This document shows positions 14,310-25,900 of a DNA stretch of 64,000 nucleotides, one piece after another. Origin of the DNA: Lama guanicoe (Eukaryota); NCBI GenBank assembly GCA_013239625.1, contig MU053652.1, forward strand, positions 2,110,001 to 2,174,000, given 5' to 3'. The translations under genes were made by a program, and so were the position numbers. The notes beneath the pieces are model-generated. The model had not been told where the DNA came from. It ran no database searches and worked only from the letters and a program-made list of their open reading frames with translations. Positions within the stretch are counted from its first letter, which is position 1; every line of letters begins with the position of its first letter.

Positions 14310-14439
14310 TTAAAAATTTGGTTGGGGGGTAATTAGGTTTATTTACTTATTTTTTAACAGAAGTACTGGGGACTGAACCCAGGACCTCATGCATGCTAAG
14401 CATGCTCTCTACCACTGAGCTATATCCACTCCACCCTCA
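14310..14439 (-). mobile_element. tRNA-derived camelid SINE (Vic-1-like) with 11-bp TSD
   Basis: The reverse strand reads ..gatatagctcagtggtagagagcatgcttagcatgcatgaggtcctgggttcagtccccagtac.., with Pol III A/B boxes. The direct repeat AGATTACTTTT sits at 14299-14309 and 14440-14450. Confidence 0.85.
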
Positions 14440-15075
14440 AGATTACTTTTCAATATCAAAACACGCTTTACAAAAGGCAATCAGTTTTGATGCCAAAAAT
14501 GGCCTCGACCAGAACTGGGAAGTGGCCACAGGCTCTTTCCCAGGCTCTCTGGACCCCCTCACACCAGTCACCTCCAGCTCAGCCCCCCATCGCTCCCTCC
14601 CTTGCCTACCCTGATCAGAACTCCTTTTCTCCATCCCACAGGTCACACCTTCAGTTTTCATAATTCTCATCTCCCCTGCTGGATTGGGGCAAGTTGCTTA
14701 CATTTCTGGGCCTCTGTGACCTCATATGTGAAATTATTGTAATAAACTTAACTCTCACCCTAACCCCAGCCCTAACTGTGCTCTGGCAGGAGGATGAGCC
14801 ATTCTCAGAGTTAGGTGATGATTAAGCCATTAAAGCACATGCCACACTTGGGACATGGAAGTGTCGATCATTATGGGGTCCTTTGCCCTTCGCTACTCAG
14901 ATGGCAGACCTCAAGTTCAGGGATCCAGCCTTGTTTAGCTTGGACTGGTGCCCAGTGTTTGTGGAACAAGATGTCCAGAGAGTAATTTCTCAGTTCAGCA
15001 GTTGTTCAAGTAAACTAGGGTAGGTCTGCTTATCGACTACGATGCCTAAGACCCGCTTTAAAATGTATGTCCAGA

Positions 15076-15742
15076 CACAGATGGCCAACAGGCACATGAA
15101 AAGATGCTCCACATTACTAATTATTAGAGAAATGCAAATCACAACTACAATGAGGTATCACCTCACACAAGTCAGAATGGCCATCAACAAAAAGTCTACA
15201 AAAAATGCTGGAGAGGGTGTGGAAAAAAGGGAACCCTCCCATGCTGTTGTGGGAATGTAGTTTGGTACAGCCACTATGGAAAACAGTATGGAAATTCCTT
15301 AAAAAACTAAGAATAGACTTACCCTATGATCTAGCAATCCCACTCCTGGGTAGATACCCAGAAAAAAATGCTACACAAATATCATATGATATCACTTAAA
15401 TGTGGAATCTAAAACAACTGATATAAATGAACTTATTTACAAAACAAAAACAGACTCACATAGAAAACAAGCTTATGGTTATCAAAGGGAAAGGGGGCTG
15501 AGGGGTAAACCAGGAGTCTGGGATCAACATATACACACTAAAATATAAAAAATAGATAAACATGGTCGTATGGTATAGCACAGGGAACTATATTCAATAT
15601 CTTATAATAAATTGTAATGGAAAAGAATCTGAAAAAGAAGACATATATATGTACAACTGAATCACTTTGCTGTACACCAGAAACTAACACAACATTATAA
15701 ATCAATTATACTTCAATTTAAAAAACACCTAGAAAAAGAAAA
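15076..15742 (+). mobile_element. 5'-truncated L1 (ORF2 C-terminus + 3' UTR) with internal deletion and TSD
   Basis: ORF2 C-terminal peptides ([51 protein letters not shown]) and an A-rich tail. TSD AAAAYGTATGTCCAGA at 15060-15075 and 15743-15758. Confidence 0.92.
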
Positions 15743-15961
15743 AAAACGTATGTCCAGAAAGGAAAGACAATCAATGGCGTAACTGCAAAAGTGTCAAGGA
15801 CTTTATATAAATGTTTTGGTCTAATCTTCCTAAGAATCATGAAAATGGTTATTACCCCCATTTAACAGATGAGGAAACTGATGTTTGCAGAGATCAAATG
15901 TGTCTCAGTCAAGTCACTATGTCTGGCCAGGCTCATTTAGGAGAGAGATGTGGTTATGTTT

Positions 15962-16010
15962 TGTGTGTCTGTGTGTGTGTGTGTCTGTGTGTGTGTGTGT
16001 GTGTGTGTAC
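15962..16010. repeat. (TG)n microsatellite, imperfect
   Basis: Seen directly. Confidence 0.95.
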
Positions 16011-16849
16011 ACGTGGGTATACTAGCAGCCTTTTAGTGACCATAAGGTCACATGCAGGAAGCACCATCAATTCTCTCATTTCTCGGGTTGGCTAGAAGAC
16101 GCTGGACAAATTATGACCCCTCCCTGTGGACCTCAGAGTTTCTGTTTAGTTTTTAAACCTGTAAAATGGTGGAAGTGGAGGTAGATGGGGTGGAGGGGTG
16201 ATATCAGATAAACGAACTCCTTATCAGCACCAACCTTATAGGATCGTCTACAAGATTTCTCCTAATTTTTACACACATCACATTTCTCATTTCCAGAACC
16301 GATTTCTTGAAAGCATCCTCCAAATCAAGCCCCAAGCTGTATTTCCTGGCTCTGCAATCCACGCCTTCATTTATAACCGTTGCTACCCAAATCTGTCGAG
16401 TAGTGAGCTGGTCAGGGCTCACTGCCCTCCCACCCTGAGGACAGTCATAAATGTCAGGAAAGGAAATGAAAAGAGAACGTCAGGGCACGTTAGAGCTGGC
16501 AGACACCACCGGGACCATCTACAATCGCCTCATTTTACAGGTGAGGAGCTGGGGTCGTGGAGGAGCTGAGATCCTCAGCCAGCTCCACCCGCCAAGACGG
16601 AGCCCTCACACTTGCTTCTAGGCATTCACGGACTAACGGTGGATCGTGATTACGTGGACATTAGGTGGATCAACAGGCAGTGGGAATGGAGTGTAGTGAG
16701 CCATGGCCATGGGGGCCATCAGGAAAGCAATACGCAGAGTGACTGCAGACTGCTTCCTGAAATAAAGGGCTTGTGAAGCAGGCACTGATGCATGGAAGAA
16801 CACGGAGAAGTTTGCTTGAAGACTCTGAAGCAGAAATATATCTCAGGGG

Positions 16850-17270
16850 CTGTAGTGTGCCATCGTTTGTGGCTAATGTCTGAGCACCTCTTCTTTCTTA
16901 GAAATAGAATTTCCTGATTTTTCTGCCAAGCCCAGGAGCACCCGGAATTAAAATTATGTTTCCCAGCTTCCCCTGCAGGCAAGTATGGCCAAGTGACTAA
17001 GTTTTGGCCAATGAGATATAAGATGGAAGTGCTGCTGACACTTCCAGGAATGAGCATGGCCTCTCTTCCTCTCTCTGCCAACTCTAGCGCAGATCAGATG
17101 GCTGGCCCTGAGCAGACATCCTGGACCACAAGGTGGCATGCTAATGATGGCGGAGCAGGTAGTTTTGGACTGCCTGCCACCAACTTCTTTACATTAGATC
17201 TTCTATCTTGTTTAAGTCACTTGTAGTTGGTCTTTTCCCCTCCCAACTGAATCTAAGTCTAGACAATACA
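16850..17270 (+). mobile_element. MaLR/ERVL LTR (MLT1J/K-like)
   Basis: tttcccagcttcccctgcagg ... gtgactaagttttggccaatgagatataag ... cttgtttaagtcac. Confidence 0.7.
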
Positions 17271-17414
17271 GAGATGGAAGAGAAATAAATTCAGAAGCCC
17301 CTAATAAAATCCAGAAACCTAGACAGGGAAGCTGGCCTTGCAGAGAGTTAAAGTAGATTGAGACGAATTCTGACACTAACATTCTGGTGGACCTAGTGAA
17401 TGTTCTAGATAGAC

Positions 17415-17603
17415 CAGCAGTTTTCAAACTTGATTGTGTATTAGAATTACCTGGAGAACTTCTTAAACCACATACTGCTGGGCCCCACTGCAGAGCTGCT
17501 GATCCAGTTAGTTTGGGAGGTGAGGCCTGAAAATGTGCACGGGTAATGAGTTACCAGGATGCTGATGCTCCTGATTAAGAAGACCACACTTTGAGAACCA
17601 TTG
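17415..17603. mobile_element. MER5A-like hAT-Charlie MITE
   Basis: cagcagttttcaaactt ... gaattacctggagaact ... gctgggccccac ... ccacactttgagaaccattg: terminal inverted repeats, with tctaga-type flanking sequence. Confidence 0.85.
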
Positions 17604-19234
17604 TTCTAGACTTTTCCAAGATACCTATCCAAACTCATTTTTCTTGGGTGGGTCTCAGCTTTGCATCTCTGACAAGTGATGATTTTTCCACTCCTTTCAA
17701 AGATGAAGGAATGTGGGAGGCAGGAGAGGGTCTGAGCAACAGCTTGGGTGAGCTGAGCATCCAGGGAAGAGATTTGTGATGCAAATGATTTACTGGTGTT
17801 CAGCTGGGAGCAGAAGGGATTTCAATATGGTGAGGCAAATCAAATTCATTACCTGACAATTAGCTCTAAATTAATGGAAGACTGTGCCGCCCGAACGTGC
17901 TCTAAGGAAGAGGGTCCCTGGCAGCTTGAGATGGGCAGGATCTGAGACATGGATCCTACCTGAACGCAGGCAGGGCTTTTTCCCAGTTTGCCAGTGTACT
18001 CTGAGCCCAGTGAATGGCCAGCACCCCACTCAGAGGCCCTCTCCAATCCCTGGCCCCGCCAGATTTAGCCCAATTAACCCAACTCAACTCCATCCAGAAT
18101 GGACTTGATCTCCCAATGCCCTTGCACCTTCAGGTTTGTTTCTCCGGAGATTGCCTTGGGCCTGCACACAGGCTGGCTGCAAATTCTTCAGCAATGAGCT
18201 GCTGCAGGTTGAGGCTTGTCATGTTTTCAGCATTGTCTGAGTATATTTGACCTCTTTAATGGAAGCTGCAAATCCCTGGAGGACAGGAATTATTTCCCCT
18301 ATTTCTTTAGGTAATTTTCTCCCCATTCCCCTACTCCTTCCCACTTTTCTACTGCTTACCCCCGGGGCCCCTAACAGGGGGCACACAAGAATATGACCAT
18401 GATAAATGATGGCCAGTGAACTGAGCATCCGTGGGACTTCCTTCATTAAACATTATGTACAGATACAGGTCCTGATGGCCTAAGACCACACAGAACTCAT
18501 AGGCTGGTCTAAGAGACAGGCAAGAAAAGAGGGAAGGAGTTTTAAAACACCCCAAAAGTTGTACCATGTGGTCCTCATGGAAGGTATATGGAGTGAGGCA
18601 CAGGTCACTCTGCAGACCACTGTTTGCCAACAGAAAAATCCTGTAAGCATTCCAGCTCAGGATGTGGACCCTATCCTTCCTTCCTGCGGCAATCCTCAGC
18701 CATGCCACCTGCCCACAGCCTCCCTACCCCTGCTTAGGGGACAAAAAACCAACGTCCAAGGGCACTCTCCCGAGCCTTATCATGCCCCCAAATCATCAGC
18801 ATCACTGGCTCTGAAAAGTCAAGTTAAAGCAAAGTAAATGAAGCAAGGGGGGTAGGAACGCCTCAGAGCCGCCCCAGCTCATCCCGACCGCCTGAACCAC
18901 GCCCCTTCCAGCGGGCATTTACTTCCCAATGTTGCATTTTAACGAGTTCCCCAGCCTCCGATTTCCATCCTTGAGAGACCTCATTTAAAGTATTTAATTG
19001 GTTTTGACACGTGGTACCTGATTTTCTCTCTTCTTGCTTGAACTGTGCTGAACTGACATTCAGGGGAAGGAAAACCAAGCCCATTTCCACCCGTCGGTCA
19101 TACTCTCTTCTCACAATGGTTCTCAGATAGTCTGTGGGCTGAATCTGGGCTCAAAGGAACTAAGGATACCAAATTACATGTGTGTGTGGCTTTACAAAAT
19201 GCTTTAACTTCCATTACCTTCTTCCTTTTTAGAT

Positions 19235-19670
19235 TAAAAAAAATTGTAACTTTATTGAGGAATAATCTATAAATATAATTGTGTATAGGTAAAGTGTACA
19301 ATGTGATCATTTGATGTACATATGCATTATGGAATGATTACCAAAATCAAGATAATCAACACATCCATTGTTTCACGTAGTTAACTTTGTGTGTGTGTAT
19401 GGGTGGTGAAAATGCTTAAGATCCACTCTCAGCAACTTTCAAGTACATGATACCATATTATTAACTATAGTCACCACGCTGTGCATCAGAGCCTCAGAAC
19501 TTACTCTTCTTATAACTGAAAGTCTGTACCCTTTGATTTACATCCCCCACTTCTCCCCACACCCCCAGCCCATGGCCACCACCCTTCTGTTCTCTGTGTC
19601 TATGAAATCAGCTCTTTTTCTTAGATTCCACATGTTAAGTGATATCATACAGGATCTGTCTTTCTCTGTC
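19235..19670 (-). mobile_element. L1MA (L1MA9-like) 3' end
   Basis: ctttattgagg ... tgtacaatgtgat ... ttaactatagtcacc ... ataactgaaagtctgtaccctttga ... ttagattccacatg. Confidence 0.85.
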
Positions 19671-20050
19671 CGCAACCTTATTTGGTCACCCTCATCATTT
19701 TTGGGCTCCTCTCCATGTCACAGGAGAGCAGTGGTCGGTCGCAGAACCAAGGCCTCCACTCTGATCTCTGACCCTCAGCCCGGTGCTTCCCCATCAGACC
19801 ACACCCTCCTGACCGCCTGTAGCAGGCAGGGCACACACGATCTGGGCTCCTAAAGCGCGTGTGTGTGTGTGTGTGTGCGCGACAAGCTCACTTCCATCCA
19901 CTTCCACCACCACTGTCATCGCATCTGTTGAACCCCCGGTTCAAGAGTTGCCAGGGAGAATAAAACATGTCAGGACAACATGACACACTCAGAAGAGCAT
20001 CTGTATCAGGTAGTGTTCTCCAGAGAAACTGAGCCAACAGGAGGTGCACA

Positions 20051-20290
20051 CATATGTGTGCATAAATACGGGTGTGTGTGTACGTGTATCTATATACATA
20101 TGTGTGTGTATAAATATGGGTGCGTGTATATTGTGTGTATCTGTATACATTTGTGTGTGTATAAATACGGTGTGTGTGTACGTGTGTATCTGTATACATT
20201 TGTGTGTGTATAAATATGGGTGTGTGTGTATCCATGTACATATGTGTGTATAAATATGGGTGTGTGCGTATGTGTGTGTATCTATGTACA
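20051..20290. repeat. Minisatellite, 5 units of about 42-52 bp (cat[a/t]tgtgtg..tataaata[c/t]gggtgtgtg..tatct.tata)
   Basis: The ataaata(c/t)gg anchor recurs five times inside the simple-repeat segment of the MLT2 LTR. Confidence 0.85.
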
Positions 20291-20335
20291 TTTTTTTTTA
20301 AGGAATTGGCTCATGTGACTGTGGGGCTGCTAAGA

Positions 20336-20675
20336 ATGAAATACATCCATATAAGCATGGACTCCAGCATCAGTCTGGTCCATTACATCATCACATCTGC
20401 CAGATCCGGATGATAACACGCTGTGGCCTGGACCACACTTTCTGGCCAGCAGTTGTCCTGCTGATGTTCTTTAGCATCTACAAGGTCTTTGTCACAGAGA
20501 CCTTCATTCCTACTCTGTTCCCTGGGCTGCTGGACGGCACTGCTGGCCCAAGCCATGGTGATGGGTCCTGTGTGTCACCTTTGTCAATGAGTACTCCTAC
20601 ACTTGGTGTTCCAGACATTCACATCTTTCCCTGTCTCTGGGTTTCAGTAAAGTCAACCGTATTTGGGAAAAAAAA
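20336..20675 (+). pseudogene. TMEM147: 5'-truncated processed pseudogene of TMEM147
   Basis: Translates across frameshifts as [21 protein letters not shown] / [32 protein letters not shown] / [23 protein letters not shown]. This is colinear with the recalled TMEM147 C-terminus [76 protein letters not shown]..VNVHS*. It is followed by a short UTR-like stretch and A8 at 20668-20675, with no introns. Confidence 0.9.
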
Positions 20676-20712
20676 TGTTTGGAAACTTAGGTAGGATTTG
20701 ATGCTGGGACAG

Positions 20713-20799
20713 TTTTTTTTTTAAGCTTATAAACAACACAAACATTTTTTTCTTTCTCACATTTCTGGAAGCTGGGAAATCTAAGATCAAGGTGCCAGC
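20713..20799 (-). mobile_element. Short polyadenylated MaLR (MLT1/MST) LTR fragment
   Basis: Reverse strand: gctggcaccttgatcttagatttcccagcttccagaaatgtgagaaag ... gttgtttataagctt + A10; flanked by ACAGTTTT repeats. Confidence 0.7.
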
Positions 20800-21939
20800 A
20801 CAGTTTTGAGACAGAATTTTTTCTCCAGGAAACTTTGGTTTTTACTTTTAAGGACTTCAACTGATTGGATGAGGCCCACCCACATTATGGAGGATAATGT
20901 CCTTTACTTAAAATCAACTAATTGCAGATGTAACCACATTTACAAGACATCCTCATGGCAACAGCCTGGCTAGTGTTTTATCAAATAACTGGGTACTTAC
21001 TAGAGCCTCCTCAAAATGAGACATAAAACTGTCACATCGTCTCAAACAATCTTCGGTCAAAGCTGGAAGAGCTTTGGGGATATAAAAGCACCTCCTCTGA
21101 CCAGAAACCCAGAGGTGGAATAGAAAAAAGAGGATAAGTCCCCTTTCTGTGACTTATCCAATTTTGCCGGGATTTTGACAAGCAGGTTCCTGCTGGAGCA
21201 GGGCCAGTTGAGGGGGGCGGGAATCTGGCTAAAACTCCCCTCCTCACAGTACAGGCCCCTGCACCCACAGATACAGGGAAGACAGAAAAAAAAACACCTG
21301 CTACATAATAGGCTTAGACCCCGAAATCTGCTCACCATCTAGTCACCTTCAAATCCTGGAGCATCGATGAGTCAAGTCCCCACGCTTACCCTCGCCCTCC
21401 TGTGAAACCGTTACCCCGGGATTGATTTTCTTGATTAGCTTATTTCTCACACTTGATAAATGACACCTGCAGTGTTCCAGTGCTTTCCTCCGACTTTGTT
21501 TATTAACAATGTTCGAGATTTTTCTTCTCTCATGATGGGTACCAAAGGCACAACATTCAAACCAATCACACCGAGGGGAGGGCTCCAGCCATCCGTGGCT
21601 TTGTGCCAGGCAGTGACATTTTATTTGTCAAGGGCTGACCGAGGCAGCACAGCTTTCATGGAAGGGTCTGGTTCTGGAGTCAGACCGGGGGTCATCCTGG
21701 CCCTGCCTACGCCTCTGAGTGGCTGTGAGGAGCTCTGTAACCTCCCTGAGCCTCGGCATGAAGATCATTCGAAGAGGGGGGTCTTCCCACCTAAAAAATG
21801 GTAATTATCAATGGGTCATTAGCAGGAGAAAGCACCTTTAAGAACCCAGGGGCTGAGCCACTTCCATCCTCACTGCCCCAAATCCCTTCTGAGCCTCGTC
21901 ACCCACACAGCCACAGGCAGCCCCGCTTTGGGGCTGTGC

Positions 21940-22303
21940 TGGTTCCTATTGCTATGGACACACAACCACCAATGCACTGGCACTGGCAACAACTCCTTCC
22001 TCATGCTCAAGGATATTGGGCAGAACACCTACACCTGGCCCCTCCGTGGGACTCGGGCTTCCTCACAGCACGGTGGCCGGGTCCCAGGAGCAAGGGTCCC
22101 GAGGGAGCCCGGTGGAGGCTGCGTTGCCTTTCATGGCCTGACCGCAGGAGTCACGTAGAATCACTTCAGCTGTAGCCACACATCCACTCAGATTTATGGG
22201 GAAGGAACAGAGGCCACCACCTCCAGATGGGAAGTCCCACTGTAAGAACTGTATGCAGGATGAAAGATGCTGTTGCAGCCATTTTTGGAAAATTCAATCT
22301 ACT
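21940..22303 (-). mobile_element. MaLR LTR (MLT1H-like)
   Basis: gggcttcctcacagcacggtggccggg ... gagtcacgtagaatcacttc ... gttgcagccatttttggaaaattcaatct. Confidence 0.75.
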
Positions 22304-22604
22304 GGGTGGTCTGAGTCACTAGATGAATGAACAAGCTGGCAAGTTAGGATTCTGGACTAGAGGTAGAACTTGGCAGATGTTGTACCCCTGTGTTCCTGGT
22401 TACTTCTGCCTCAAGGCATCTGGTGGGGGTGGGCAGCCTGCACGACTGCGCTTTCCTCCCACTCCTGGCCTCTCTGCCTCCCTGACAGCCTGAGCCCATC
22501 TAGATGTCTACACTTCTCCATTTCCCAGAATGATCCCAGCCTCCCGTTCCACAGGCAGTGCACCCCAGGTCGGCTCCGTTGAGGTATTTGTAGAAAACTC
22601 CCGC

Positions 22605-22755
22605 TACTTAAAGTGTGTTCCACGGAGGGCAGCACTGGCATCACCTGGGAAATCACTAGAAATACAGAATCTCTGGCCCCAGCCTAGTCCTAGGGAACCA
22701 GAGTCTGCATTTTAACAAGATCCCCTAGTGATTCTGATGTTATAAAAACCGGAGA
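22605..22755. mobile_element. MER5-type hAT MITE
   Basis: cttaaagtgtg ... ggcatcacctggga ... agaaatacagaatctc ... gtctgcattttaacaagatccc. Confidence 0.75.
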
Positions 22756-22893
22756 AAGAGAAGGTGATTTGAAAAACACAGGCTACTGGGTGTCAATTTT
22801 GGCTTTGCTTATTTAAAAGCTGGGCAAACTCAAACAAATTATTTAACCTCTCTGAGCCTGGAGGTTCCCTAAAATGTAAATTAGGTATCACAG

Positions 22894-22903
22894 GCGCGCG
22901 CGC

Positions 22904-22938
<35 letters not shown>

Positions 22939-22948
22939 TGTGTGTGTG
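22894..22948. repeat. (CG)n-(TG)n alternating purine-pyrimidine tract
   Basis: gcgcgcgcgtgcgtgtgtgtg... seen directly. Confidence 0.95.
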
Positions 22949-25900
22949 ACTATACCTCCGCTGGCAGTCAATAAAGTTCAACCCTGAGGGCCAAGCATAG
23001 TTGTCAGCCCCACCCTCTTTGCTTGGCCGAGGCCTCTGTTCTGCCAGGGCTTCCAAGAAGGGACAGTGGTCAGAGTGGCCTAGAGGTGTGGTCAGCACTA
23101 CAGCGGGGTGTAAGGCTCAGGGACCCCCTCCTAGGAGAGCACTGTCTCCTTGAGAGGTGAGAGGGATTTGAGAGGCCTGCTGTCCTTTGGGGAAGTTATT
23201 TATTTTTTCTAATAGACACTGTTTATCACCCACTTACAGGAGTTCTGACTGGGGCCTTTGTCGCCCTGTAGACTCTGGAAATTAGGTCAGTCCCCTCCAG
23301 GATTTACTTGCACTAGGAAACCTGACTGGCTGTGGCAGTAAGGAGGCCCTGCCAGGGACTGGGGGCTTGGTGGATCCAAGGAACCGTGGTCCCTGCACCC
23401 ATCAGCAGTCACCAAGGTCACAGAGCTTCTCCCACTGCTGAGGCCCAAGTGGGTGTGCTGGGGGCTGTAGGGGAGGGAGGACTTTACGTAAAAATCATGC
23501 TTCAGTACAATCCTGGAAAGCAGAAGAAGGGCTGGTAAGAAATGTTAACAGGTTATTCATATATTCAGTGCCTCTAAGCCTCTGTTTAAAATGTACACCA
23601 AAACAATCCCATCCTTCCCCCGTGCTACAAGCTTTCAAATGAATTTTTTTTAAAAATCATAAGTAACAATCAGGAGAAGCAGTTCTGACTGGCAGTACTG
23701 ATAGCTGCAAGTCCTTCTTTACATCTAACTTCAAGTCTTACTGCTTTAAGTGTCTGCATCTAACTCTGCCCAGCACCAAGAATACAGTAACTTCTCAGCA
23801 AGTACACAGTGGGTTTTTGTTCCAGAAGACTATGCCCTGAGGTGGGTAGAAAAATCTCTCCATCTCTTTCAATTTCCAGGGAGGTCTGGTTCCCTAGAGT
23901 CAGATGGCCCAGGTGTGTTCAGGGTCTTGCGAAGTCCAGTTGGTCTCCTCCCCAACCAAGAGTCTAGACAGTCACCAATGCTCAAATCACCCCTTAAAGA
24001 TGGACACAGCACTGTGCGGTTATTTGATTTTGTTTTTCAAAGGAAATTGGCAATGAGGTTATCTAGTGAAGTAGAAACAAAAATAGGGAAGTACTGAACC
24101 ACAGGAGTGTTACGGAAAATGATTCTGCTTCTCATCAGCGGGATGACCAAGCTTCAGTTTCTCTTCTGGACCTTGGTCTTTATGCCAGCATCTAGCCGTT
24201 CTGTGAGCTGCCCTGCCTACTTTAGAGGGTCAAAACTGCACAATTCTCCAGCCACTGTCATTTATTAGAATATTTCAAAACATTTCAACTGAATGCACAG
24301 GCACAACGTGTATGTTCACAATAATTCTCTCACAGCAGAGCCGCCGGAATGGAGCGTTCTGGGAGGTCACCCCAGGGTCCGTGGAGGGGGCACACAGAGA
24401 TCCAGACGCTCGGCCTTCTCGGACTCACCGTGGGGCTGTGGGCCAAGGCCCTTCCCCCTCGAGGGCTGTGAGAGGGAGCAACCACGCCCACCTCCACCAG
24501 TGGAGACGCACCAGAGACAAACTGCTAAAGTGCCTGGAAGTGGAGATGCCGACAGCAGATCACACCTCATGCGGCAGCTGCCCTGCGGGGGAGCCAGGCC
24601 TCCTGCGCTCCAGCTGGCTGATCCACAGCCACATAATCTGGTTCATACAGATGAGTTCTGATGACTGGGTCTCGCAGAGCTGTGTAAGGGCCGGAGCGGA
24701 TCTCCTGGCCAGATTCAGAGAGGCCCATCTCCTCATAGACCTGGACTTCACTTTGGATTTGAAGGCCAAGGTCAAGGGGTCTCTGAGAGTGGGACGGGGG
24801 CTCGCAGGTCCCACCTGTCTCTAGGCAAGATTTGGAGAACTTGCTAAACCTCCCTCGCAGACCCGGGCTGATTATAGGCTACAACGTGAAGGGACCAAAC
24901 TGGCCCGTGGCCGACCAGGTTCCCCTTTTCCAGAAATGTCTCCACCTTCCTGTCCACACTTCCCCGATTTCTGGCCTTAACTCGCCACTCAGCGTCTCTG
25001 TTCCTCTGGGGTGTGTCATCTCACCTGCCAACAGGCCGGCAGTCCTCAGGCCCTGCACGTGCCTGTGCCAATGCAGCCTCCTCTTCAGTCTAGGGGCTTG
25101 TCACAGGCAGAGTAGGACGGAGGGCAGGACAGGAGGGGCGCATGTACCGCTAGAGACCCAGGGTTGAGCTGGCTGGGAGAAGGGAGGAGAGGGCTCCACG
25201 ACAGAGCCGTGGAGGCGACGTTTAGGAGGGATGGGGCCTTGCCAGGTGATGCCCATTCCTCGTAGAAGCCAGAGTCAGACAGTCGAGGTGTCTGCAAGAG
25301 GACCCAGCTCCGGGAGCCATCTGAGAGAAGCTATAAATTCTCGTGTATCCTTTCACGTGTTTGTGCATATGGGTCTCCCAGGGGGTGACGCAGGAGGAGG
25401 AAAGCTCACACTGCCCACTACAGGAGTTCCTCTCCAGGATGTGCCCGCAGAAGTTTCTGGCACTCCCAGCCCCCAAAGGACCTCCTGTCCTTTCCCCCAC
25501 CCCAGCCTCCCCACATTCCCGGGGAGCTATGCATTCTCCCCGTTCCCAGTTGAAATGTCCAGCCCTAAGTTCTCCGGCTTGGTTTTCATCCTCAGCCCTC
25601 CTTAGGGACTTCCTTGCAGGGGAGTCCCTGTTAGAGCAAGCTCGCGTGTACCGTAATCGGAGTCACTCGGCAGCAGCTGGCAAGTGTTTTCAATGAGTTG
25701 GAAAATCAGGTTGAACGTATCATGAAATATGGCGCTTACACTGCAGCCCAGACATGTGGGCTAAGTGCTTGGTGATTAGATTTGCCTTGGCCCACTTCCT
25801 CTCTGGCCCCTTCTCTTCACCCTCATCTCTCCCTCTCCGGGTTTTTAAAGTTAAAATCTGCCTAATTAATATGTGGTAAGAGATTCATCTTGAAGAAAAC

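Larger units (their letters stand above)
20002..21036 (-). mobile_element. ERVL LTR (MLT2D-like), interrupted by two insertions
   Basis: One end is gttctccagagaaac ... aaggaattggctca..gtggggctg. It resumes at tggaaacttaggtagg ... ttcaactgattggatgaggcccacccacattat ... acataaaactgtcaca. Confidence 0.8.

Noticed and set aside
14748..14778. Interstitial telomeric repeat (ccctaa x2)
   Set aside because: Only two exact units in a degenerate context, which is compatible with chance.
20051..20290. CRISPR-like repeat-spacer array
   Set aside because: Eukaryotic context, low-complexity units without unique spacers, and no cas genes.
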